A program made the translations under genes and the position numbers. Below the pieces are notes generated by a model, which was given only the letters and a program-made list of their open reading frames with translations, made no database searches and was not told the DNA's origin. A stretch of 64,000 nucleotides of DNA from NCBI GenBank assembly GCA_003614675.1, contig ML002227.1, positions 1 through 64,000 on the forward strand, read 5' to 3'. This stretch comes from Dimargaris cristalligena (Eukaryota). Below are positions 39,893 to 50,144 of the stretch, one piece after another (position 1 is the stretch's first letter; every line of letters starts with the position of its first letter).

Positions 39893-41329
39893 GTGCCGGG
39901 GCAATAATCGGTGGGGTGGAGCGGGGATTAGTGAACAGTACTGTATGTGTGTGTATTTGATTAGACTATTTCATACCAATACCAATACCAGCATCGGCCA
40001 ATGGCCTTTCGACGGATACTGCTGATATGGCCTGCTCTTTCAAGCATCGCGGTATACGCTTGTTCGTACATGATTCCGTCAGCCACCCCCATTCTAAATG
40101 GTCTATTGGTACGTGTTCCACAAGACTAGAGTGTTTCCCTTTTTTTAATTATTGCTGTCGCTGTTGCCGTCTTTCGGCACTTTTATTTTAAAACAACGCC
40201 AATCACTGTTCTTTTCTCTACTAATTAATTATTCTTATAGCTGAGACTGAACCCCCCTCCTCCTTGTACTGTGGGGTTTGATTGATAAATGTCCTTGATA
40301 CATATCAATGGATCGCCGCTATTGTCACCTTTCAATCAGAGTGTTTAATTGGACCTAATTCCGAACCACCTCTTTTTATTTGACTACTACTACCACTACT
40401 ACTACTACTATTTTTACCATCATTACTGTTCAGCATTCTATTCCAGCCCCCTCCATCTAGGTTTATGCTTGGAGACGTCGGAATCACGATTACTATGCCG
40501 TCGCTTACGACCCCGACCAATTCTTTGGAACCTCCTCTATACCCCTCCGCCCACCTGGATCAGTCAACCCCTCATTTCTTATGCGTGGTTTTTTTTATAT
40601 ATGTTCAGCTTATACTTGGTCGCATTGGTATGTTTATCTAGGTGATGTATATCATTACGTTATTCTACGGCCAAGCTCCGTTTTTTTTTAAAAAAAAAAA
40701 CCCCCCCTTACCTCCCCACTTTTTAATAATCGGAGTATAGGATTATAGGGGGATGTATTGCACTTATCTTGAACACGCAAGTGCCATCCCCGTCCCCCTC
40801 CCCCTGTTGTTTCTTTCGTCATTTTCGCTTGTATTAATAATAAAACGATAATTGAAATTTGACGAACCATTACGAAGGCTGCTATTTAAACCGAGTGAGC
40901 GTGTTTCCCTTGTCTTTCGAGATTCGCAAGGTAGGAGGGATTTTATAAGGTCGCGGCCTCCAATTCGACGAGATCGGTGGGTATTGGCGCTTCTTCAAAG
41001 CTCGTTCCATCGCGGATTGGGCAACCTAATGAAAAGAAGCCGTCACATATGGGAAGGGAACGAGAGGCATGGCATCACAAGAGCGCAAAGGTGGAAGTGA
41101 TATTATTGGTACGGCCAATAACCCCCCTCGCTCTTCTATACTATTATTATACGGCCTGTGCCCATGTGACACGCCAGCTAGTCTGACCCAAACTGACTTG
41201 GCTATGGCGTGCGCTTGGGAGAAGAGGATCGACTTAGTAGTTGGAGAAGAAGGCGGGAACCAAAGATAACAATTTCTATTTCGGCCCCGTTAGCGTGACG
41301 TTTCCCCTGGGGATTGAACGCCTTACAAG

Positions 41330-41580
41330 AAAAGTATTGCTGCCCCAAGTGAGATTAGTGTGTCTCCCCCGTGCGTAGTTTGGTCTTCCGCACCCTTAAA
41401 GATACGGCCCGTTTTCTACGTTGCCAATCGAACGGGACGAATAGTTCCGGACCGGCCGATTCTATTCGTTCGTCTTGCAGCTTCCCGACAACTGACCACG
41501 GGAACAGGGAATGCTGTCCAATGCCGCGCGCCACTCGTTCTAGGCGCTGTGAACCGCGCAGTCTCCCCAACTGTGTGATT
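41330..41580 (-). ncRNA. Candidate structured non-coding RNA, family unassigned
   Basis: Five consecutive GC-rich stems; minus-strand TATATATAA at 41615-41607 about 30 nt upstream; TTTTCTT just downstream; no credible ORF. Confidence 0.35.
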
Positions 41581-42076
41581 AATGTGGTGATGATTCTTCT
41601 GTTATATTATATATAGTACGGGGGGGGCATACGCAGAATCCTTTAATAATAATAGTAGTAGTAGTAGTAGTAGTAGTAGTAAAGAACCCGCTCTGTCGAC
41701 GTTGCCTGGTCTCTTCTCCATCTCTAGCTCGCTTAGTTGGTAAGTCCTTTTACATTGCCCTGTTTCTGCCAGGCTCAAGTATCGTCTCCGTCTGCTATAT
41801 CTATCCACACCTCCTTAGCCACGAATCTGTTAAACCGGGCCTATATATCCCCCCAACAGGCGTGTGACCTACGCCCCCCAACTCTCTGCCTCACCTTCCT
41901 CCTCCGGTCTAATTTCTATAACGAGCCTCATTGCCTATTTGGTCCCCCTACTTGCTTTTCCTTACTTAGAAGCCTCGGTTCCCCCCTCACTCTCCCTCCG
42001 TGCCTATTACGTTCCCATTCTTTCTTTGGCAGCGCTCCCTAAATCGACTTACACTTCTACCGCCGCTTTCCAAACC

Positions 42077-42883
42077 ATGTTGTGTCTAAAACCCAGCTCA
42101 TTGGCCACTGCCTTTCTCCGCCGGTCCCGGCCGTTGAATACCGCGGCCCCAAGTCTACCGTCGGCGATGCGCCGCTTTACCACCTCGGTTGACGGATCCA
42201 TCCCCACCCCCGCTAAATCCGACGACTCGTGCCTGCGTCTGCTGATCGTGGGTGCCCCAGGTGCCGGTAAGGGAACCCAATCCGCCCGCATCCGCAGCGA
42301 GTTCCCCGTGTACCCCATTTCCAGCGGTGACGTGCTGCGCCGGCACATTGCCAAGAACACCACCATCGGCCAACGGGCCGCGCCTATTGTGGCCCGCGGG
42401 GAAATGGTGCCCGATAACATCATGGTGGATCTCATCGACACCGAACTGGACCAGCTGGACCACGAGCATTGGCTGCTGGACGGGTTCCCGCGTTCCGCCA
42501 CGCAGGCCCAGCTCCTGAGCAAGTCGCTCGAGGCCCGGCGTCAGCCCATCAACACCGTCATTAACCTGGTCGTCCCCGAAGACGTCATTTTACAGCGCAT
42601 CGAAGACCGTTGGGTGCACGTGCCCTCGGGCCGGGTGTATAATTTGAGTTACAATCCCCCCAAGACTCCCGGTCTGGACGATGAGACGGGCGAGCCCTTG
42701 ACGAAACGGGCCGACGACAATCCCGAAGTCTTCAAGGCCCGGCTACAAAAGTACCACGAGCTGACGAATCCGTTGCTCGAATACTACGATAAGCTCGGCA
42801 TCTTGATCTCCTTCAAGGGTAACACCTCCGACGAAATTTACCCCCAGATCCGGGACTACCTTACCCCCAAGTTCGCCCACTAG
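42077..42883 (+). CDS. ADK2: Mitochondrial GTP:AMP phosphotransferase (AK3-type adenylate kinase)
   Basis: Presequence from ATG 42077; P-loop GAPGAGKGTQ, ISSGDVLR, WLLDGFPR, LID RWVHVPSGRVYNLSYNPPK, TGEPLTKRADD. Confidence 0.92.
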   Translation: MLCLKPSSLATAFLRRSRPLNTAAPSLPSAMRRFTTSVDGSIPTPAKSDDSCLRLLIVGAPGAGKGTQSARIRSEFPVYPISSGDVLRRHIAKNTTIGQRAAPIVARGEMVPDNIMVDLIDTELDQLDHEHWLLDGFPRSATQAQLLSKSLEARRQPINTVINLVVPEDVILQRIEDRWVHVPSGRVYNLSYNPPKTPGLDDETGEPLTKRADDNPEVFKARLQKYHELTNPLLEYYDKLGILISFKGNTSDEIYPQIRDYLTPKFAH

Positions 42884-43788
42884 TAGTGTGTGAGGGGGGG
42901 GGGGGGCTTTCCGGAGTCGTATAGCCCCGTACTTTTGTCGGGGCCTTCTCCCCTGCCCAACAACTCCTCTTGTTTAAACTCCGGGATTGCTCAATCTCTC
43001 CTATGCTTTCGGTTCGTTTTAACCCGGTTTATGGTAGATAACTATCGCCACCCTCATTAGCTGCACACGTAGCTCTTAATATTGGTTTCTAGATACTGTT
43101 ATAAATATAAATACTGTGCAATACCATTTGATAGGCAGTTGATTGGGCTATCTCCATTGCCTTAAAAACATCAATTCTACCTGCGACTAGGCTAGTTGGA
43201 GATGGCTATTTTGGCACCCAGATATACTTGATATCGAGGCGCACTATATTTGAGAAGTCGTGGTTTCCGTTAGTATATAGGTTGAGGGGATAGTTGTTTT
43301 ATTAAGAGCAGCTTTTTAGTATTATTATACGGATTTAACGCACAGATAGACACTACCAACCGGCCAAGCGAGTACAACTTGGCTGCCCCAGCCCCCGCCA
43401 TAGCAATAAGGCTAGAAGATCATTTGATTGGTGGTGGATGGAAGGAGCCTTAGACAACCCCAGGCTTGTATTGCTTGCTGAGCCTGAAGCGTAGTAGCTG
43501 GTTTGTGATTGCGTGGTATTGGAATCCGTTGATCCCTAATTTCCATCTGCCTGATTCCAGGCCTCTCGCCCTGACTAACATTGCCGCTCCTGAGTCTCCT
43601 TTCCTCACATTGGGCCCATTCCTTGGATCAATAGCTCTTTATCTCCACTTTCCTTACTTTCACGCGGATCTCTCTCCAGCCCGGATCCCCAGTTGATTCA
43701 CCCCAGTTGTCGATCCGTCGTCCCTCACTTCACCATTTCCCACCGGCATTCTTCGTTGTTTTTTTTTTGACTTGACCGTCTGTAAACA

Positions 43789-45230
43789 ATGGCCCTTGTA
43801 CCACTTCGGCGGGCCACAGCCTGGGGCCGCGTCCCGGCTCAGTACAGCGGAATAAAGGTAAATGCCCGCGCCGCCCAGTGGCCGATTGGCCCTGGATCTG
43901 GCTCAGTCGGCCTCGGTTCGCTAGTCCATCTTATGTCTGGGGTGATGTGGTAGAAAGCGTACCTGTCACGCACCCCGTCTCTAAGGAGTGCAATATCCTC
44001 AAAAGCCCCTTAATAACACATTATCATATCCCTCTATGCTTGCCTCTGTGTCTGTCTCTTCCGCTCGACGACAATTTGAACGCCATGCTAGGCGACTCCC
44101 GTGGGTTTACCTTTGGCTGCTTCCGGTCAAATTCGGCTTGCTCATGGTGGCAGGTAAGTTTACCCAACCGAAATACATATGTGCATGGCTGAATCTCCAT
44201 AGATCACCATTATATATATATATATATATACCAGATCCTCTACAATACACCGATATCGGTGCCATAATTGGTTTGACCACTGTTACGTTAGTTTGTAAAA
44301 TACTGGCATTAATGACCAACCCGAATTTAACACCATTGCATTCTACTGTATGTATCATCCTCAGCCAACCCATCATGGAAGCCATGGACCGGATCCTTAA
44401 ACTGAACAAATATAAGCCCATGACCGCAACCCACTCCCCCCCGCTGCCCGAGGCTCTGGCCCGTAAGTACTGACTTCTACAACCCTTCTGGAAACCCTGG
44501 CTATACCGGTATATCATTCTACATGCTCTCATAGATTCACACCTGCCACTTTATTAACCTTGTCTAACTACTCTCTATATCCAATTATGAACCACCGACT
44601 CGACCGCCTACAGCCGCCAAACAAATCCCCGCGCCCGTCGGCCTGGTAAGCTGCAACCTCCATTTCGAGTCCTTTTCCGATCACCGAATAGAATTTTACA
44701 TGGATTTCATCCGCAAGGTGGCCCAGACCATGAAAGTCTCGTGTAGCCAAACCGTCGGTCTGCCCACCCACACCCAGCTGTGGACCGTGGTCAAGTCCCC
44801 CTTTGTGCACAAGAGCGCCCAGGAGAATTTCGCCCGTTTGCGGATCAAGCGGATGTTGCAAATCAAGGACACCCACCCCAAAACGTTGGAAAAATTCCTC
44901 GCTTACGTGGAGGACAATTTGCCCGCCGGGGTGGGTATGCGAACCCACTACTTCGAGTACCAAACATTGGCCGAAGCCGTCAAAGAGGCCGAAGCCGCAA
45001 AACCACCTACGGAGGAACCCCTCTCGCCGCGCCATATTAAGGTCATCGCTGACCGTTTGATCGCCCACATGCAGAAGAACCCCACCGCGTCCATCGATCA
45101 GGTCGCCCGGGATATCATCAAGGAGGTCCGCCCCGACTCGGTACCCCCCGCGATTAAACTCCCTGTCAAGCCGAAGCCCAAGAAACCCGAAGCCCCGCCG
45201 GCCCACGCCAATTCCGGCAAAAAGAAATAA
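43789..45230 (+). CDS. RSM10: Mitochondrial ribosomal small-subunit protein uS10m, ~281 aa, 4 exons (43789-43857, 44092-44153, 44365-44462, 44614-45230)
   Basis: LPTHTQLWTVVKSPFVHKSAQENFARLRIKRMLQI S10 signature, LPAGVGM; consistent splice phases. Confidence 0.9.
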
Positions 45231-45981
45231 GATCATTAACTCACTAGCCTGCCAATAATCCTAATAATGGTAGTCTAGCTGACTGATGATCGTTTCGGTT
45301 AATACTTAACCCGTTGCCTGGGCCGTCGTCTTTTATTGGATGGCGAGCAGGGATGGGTATCCGTTTCACTGTCCCCCCAGGGGGTTTTCTATTATTTTTT
45401 GTTTATCATTTCCGTTTATAGTTGAATCAATCTGGCCTTGTTTTTCGGCCCCACAGTTTAACCATTAAATAAGATGCTCAACTGTAGCGGTTCTAGAGGA
45501 ATTAGAAAGCTGTTTTCCAATAAAAATGAGTCTATTTAATTATGTCCAGGTGGGTTAATTACCATCGTAATTTAGGGGTTATTATACACATGCTGAACAG
45601 CGCCTAACGGGTGGGTACGGGGATGGATGCCCGGGTTATTCAATATAAGCTATAGTGGGCGGTGGCTACTCTGGTTCGAGTTGTTGTAGCTGGTAAAATA
45701 TACCACTACTTGTCTATTTATTCGTGCAGCTTAATTGTCGACAAGAAACAGGATGCGGATAAAAACCGACGACTTGATAAATTGAACAAATTATACATAA
45801 ATTTATCTTTTTTGAATAAAAAAAATAATCAAAAACAAATCAAAAAAACAAAGGCAATTTGTGCGTGCATGTCAATTACGTAGAGAATCCATAACATATA
45901 CATCGGCTAAAATTGGTATGTATGGAGTAACAGCTGTACACGAATAGAGGGGAGGGGGTGGTCGTCGTCGGGGGATCCCTC

Positions 45982-48234
45982 TTAGCTAAACGAGCCGGCG
46001 GCCTGGCGCCTCATATCCCAACGGAGTAACTCTTCGTACACGGTCCATGAAATCGATGTGCTAATCGCTTTGCGGGCCACCCGCAGGGCCGCGCCTCGGA
46101 AGAATCCGTAGAAGCCCTCATCCTAGTATTAGGATTCAAAAGATATTGGTATCATAGCAAGAATGCAAAAACCAAAATTGTATTCGATGGATAATGCATT
46201 AATTCACAATACCCATTTGCCCAAGTATTATGTATGCCCACAGCCTAATAGGCCTACATATTATATCTTAGGAGCCATTCCTGATATAAAACGGGTAAAT
46301 ACCTCGGGATAACAGGGTTTTGGATAGTATATACATGGCAGAACTCATTGGCGGAAACCCTTACTAAGGCCATATGGTGTAAATCAAACTAAACAAGGCG
46401 TCTCCCACCCCTCACCACCTCCCGTATCAGCTTTTTTGGCCCCCTTACCTTCACAATGACCCGAGCTGCCTGCCACATCGTCCTGTATAGATCGGGTTTG
46501 AGTTGCATCCGGGTCTTGATCATATCGAACGGTTGGGTAATAAGGGTCGCGGAGATCCCGGCCAACATTCCCGCGGCCATTCCCGTAGCGGGGACCGGCA
46601 GGCGGAGGGAAAAGTAGCTATCCAACAACATGGGGATCTGGAGTTTAAACTGCTCGTATACAGCAATGTACAGCCCGGCGTAGGGAGCGTCCCGTAGCAC
46701 CGTGGGGATATAGCCGGAGAAAAAGCCCCGGTAGCCATCCTGGGCGATGATGTTTTTAGTCGCCGAATAGAGGCTATTGTAGTTGTAGAAATTGCTCTGG
46801 TGGTTGGATGAATAATAGTGGTAAAATAAGGCAATATTACATAAGCAAAAACAGAAAATGAATAGACAAGGGCGGATAGTTCAGGAGGCAACCACATACT
46901 CCCCTTCTCTCTATAGATTTTGTTTATTCAAATAACACCCTTGATTTGAGTGGAACAGGACCTACCTCATAGCGCACTTTGATAACGGTAATGGGCATTA
47001 GGATAAACCCCACCAGGGCCCGGGCTGACGAACCCGCAATTAAATTGCTCGTATTCGATAGCACGACTTTCTGGGATCCCGCTGGTAAAGAGGAGTCCCG
47101 GGCCGCGGCCTCGGTCACCCGATCGCTGGGATGGACACCTATGTAAGCCTCCGCTTTGGCCAATACTTGTTTAAACTGATTAAGCATGGCGAAGTACGCT
47201 GCCGAACCCGGGGCATTTCTAAGCGATTGGTGGAGTTGTGGGGAATACATCGATACAGTGCCAACCGGAGAGAATGAGTGAGCTACACTAAGTATAAGCT
47301 GGGTAGCGGATTCGTCTCTAACGATAGGGTGAACAACCCCAACGCTAACTTGGAATCAATTCCACGTAAATTGGTTTGCCGATTGGGCGGGGTGTAAACG
47401 GGATTTGGGTTGGCTGACTGACTCCGCCTGTTTAGGCAGGGACCAATCAACTATCGCTCTGATCCAGTAGCACGAGTTGAAGCATGAGTTCTCTATATTT
47501 CATAATTACAACCCATGTATCTATATAGAGGGTCTAACCTACCTTATCACGGTGGGCCAAGTGCCCCGCCAGAGACCCAGGACCCCGTTAGTCGAAACCA
47601 CTTTTCGGACAGTAGTATACAAAGCACTATATTTATCGTGGATCAATAGAGTGGTCAATGGATGAATAATTTCATATTTGGGGTTTGAACTGAAGTTCAA
47701 TCAAGATGATTTGCCAATTCCCTGGGGCGAAACCCCTTTCTGATACTCACCGCAGTAATTCAAGATCCAGCAGAGAGAATATACATTATCGTAGCAGTGG
47801 CTTAAGGTATGTCTGCGCCACGCAAAACTTGTCTATTTCATACATACCCTCCTCCTCTCCTTTCCCCAACCCAACTTATCCCGAAGTATACCGACTGTAT
47901 GAGCTCGGCAAGCCACACCCGCCAAGTGCAGGGTATTGCTAAGTATCATGTTTTTGATACCAAGGGTATACAATCCCCGAATTCTTTTTTTTTTAAAAAA
48001 AAGAAACAACAACCCCATGAAAATAGAGAATCGGAAACAACAGATTCCGCTGGCTTACGTTTGGGTGGGCCGGACATTTTTGATATGGTTGGTGAATGAG
48101 GGCCCCTGTTCCTGCTGTAAACGAGTTTTGAGTAAATCGAACGGTTGGACTATCACACAGCTGGTGAATCCACTCACGCCACCGGCCAGGAAATGGACTA
48201 TCGGGGATACGTTCTGGGCATTCGTGGCGGACAT
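45982..48234 (-). CDS. HEM25: Mitochondrial carrier, glycine transporter Hem25/SLC25A38 type, ~333 aa, 5 exons (48234-48059, 47626-47543, 47218-46966, 46796-46449, 46122-45982)
   Basis: Three carrier repeats: QPFDLLKTRLQQ, MPITVIKVRYES, QPFDMIKTRMQL; LWRGTWPTVIRNAPG, LRDAPYAGLY, RVARKAISTSISWTVYE. Confidence 0.88.
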
Positions 48235-49190
48235 GACGGCGTATATATTTATATATGTATGTAGGGGGTAGCCCGGAAAAGAAGTGGTAAGGATCTCAGG
48301 AACCAGTAGGGGAGTATGAGCGGACAAATGGACACGACTAAGGGCAATGGTAACGCAGTAAAGTAGAATGCGTTGGCCGAATGTGAGGAATGGGGGAAAT
48401 TGGGTTAATATATGCAGTTTATGAGAACAAGTAGGAAGTAGGGGGACACGGGGCGAGAGAGGGCAATATAGTAGTCGGGGTAGGAAAGCGAATGAGAGTG
48501 CGAGTGATGCAGTCAATGGCTAACATTCGTAGTGCGAAAATAAGGTTGGAGGATACAAGAACTGCTTCCAAGGAGCGGATACCAGTGCTGCGCACGATAT
48601 TAATATGGGGAGGCAAACAAGACAAATGGTCACAGGAGCCTCAGTAGGGTGGGTGGCCGTAACAAACTGTTGGAAAGGCAATGTAAATATAGAATAGGCT
48701 TAAGGAACCACTCTACTTCGCCATCACACGGTTATACAGACCAGCCTAAAACACCAAAAATTAAATATTAGTAAATCAAGGATCAATGGATATTTGATAA
48801 AAACAATTTAACCCAAATGAATACCCTCTAAAGTGTTTATTAGACTGATATCTTCAAATTAATGACCGAATTTTATATATATGTACAATAGAAATGGGGA
48901 CCAAAAAAAATAATCTAATGTTAGTATGCAATAGAAACAATAAACAGAAGCCTGTAGATATGAACCATTTAAGGACAGAGAAATAACCACGGGTTGAAAT
49001 TGAAGGAGGTGCCAAAAAGAACATCCGCAAAACATATAATCAAAAACAATGTACTGAACTGGGTAAATATAATAAATGTACAAGAGGGAAATACGGCAGT
49101 AGGATCTCAAAGTCCAGCCGTTTAGATAATCATGAAAGGTCACAGCTAACCATGCCAATCGGATAGAATAGGGGGTTTCTTTAGGCTGCA

Positions 49191-50129
49191 TTACCGCGGG
49201 GAGGCAATGTAGACTACGGGCCGTTTAGATAGAGTGGGCATTTGGAAGTTCAGGTCCGCTACCGCGGGTCGCGGGGTAGACATGCTGGAAACCGAGCTGG
49301 CCCGGGAGACCGTTGATAAAACGGGTGAAGGGCTAGCCAGGACCTCGAATTCCTGGCGTAACATATCACCGCTCTGCGAGGAGTGGAAAGATGACTTGCC
49401 AACTGACCAGCCAGCGCTGGATGGGCCGTGGCTGCTGCTGTGTTCGCGCAGGGAGGGTAGGGTGGGGTGGGCAGCCCGGTTAAATGTTGTAGGAGGCTGG
49501 TGTTGCTGGGGCAGTCCAGGGGATCCAATTTGGGATTGGTCAAAGGAGCCGGCCGGTGAAAAATGGGACCGGTGGGGGGAGGGGCTAGACCAGTTGGTGT
49601 ATACAGTGTTGGGAGAGAAAGGCCCAGGACTATCCAAAGGGGAGAACGGGCCATTGGAGTAGGTCGAGGCCGCCACGACAATCCGGCGGCGGGGCTCCTT
49701 CTTAGCCGCAGCGGCGCTAAAGCTGGCCGCCCGGGTGGTCAGATCCTTGACCATGACCTGGTTGGTGGCAATCTGGCTCCGGAGTTGTTCGCTCTTGCCC
49801 CGGTAGTGCTCGGTCTGCAGCTCAATCGCCTTTCTCGTTAAGTATAAATGGTCGACCAGATGGACCAGCTCTCGGTCAGACAGGTAGGACAGCGCATCCT
49901 GAGGCTCGTTGCACAGCCGGCGAATATTCGCAATATCGAGGGCAACCACGGGTGGTGGAATGGCCGCTTTAGTTCGCAATGGGCTGGGTTCAACAGTGGA
50001 AGCAGGCGAGGGTGTTGAACTATAGTCCTTGGTCAATGGGTGCACGGGGCGCAACGCCCGGTCGGCGACGGTGGGGGCGATAGTAGAACGAGTTTTAGGT
50101 CCACGGCTGCCGTTCATAACTGCGGCCAT
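49191..50129 (-). CDS. 312-aa ORF with coiled-coil segment; in frame with, and probably the C-terminal part of, the giant upstream ORF
   Basis: Same frame as 50145-60821, separated by one TAA plus 5 sense codons; helical LSYLSDRELVHLVDHLYLTRKAIELQTEHYRGKSEQLRSQIATNQ; followed by an AT-rich 3' region. Confidence 0.65.
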   Translation of the reverse strand: MAAVMNGSRGPKTRSTIAPTVADRALRPVHPLTKDYSSTPSPASTVEPSPLRTKAAIPPPVVALDIANIRRLCNEPQDALSYLSDRELVHLVDHLYLTRKAIELQTEHYRGKSEQLRSQIATNQVMVKDLTTRAASFSAAAAKKEPRRRIVVAASTYSNGPFSPLDSPGPFSPNTVYTNWSSPSPHRSHFSPAGSFDQSQIGSPGLPQQHQPPTTFNRAAHPTLPSLREHSSSHGPSSAGWSVGKSSFHSSQSGDMLRQEFEVLASPSPVLSTVSRASSVSSMSTPRPAVADLNFQMPTLSKRPVVYIASPR

Positions 50130-50144
50130 CGAGTGCGGCGGAGC

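Noticed and set aside
41864..42076. 71-codon N-terminal extension of ADK2 from a GTG; similar GTG/TTG starts for FIG4 (16442) and the giant ORF (60839)
   Set aside because: Artefact of bacterial-style start calling; the downstream ATGs give the expected N-termini.
25593..48234. Five nuclear-encoded mitochondrial genes within 23 kb as a functional cluster
   Set aside because: Different pathways, interleaved with unrelated genes, and mitochondrial proteins are a large class.
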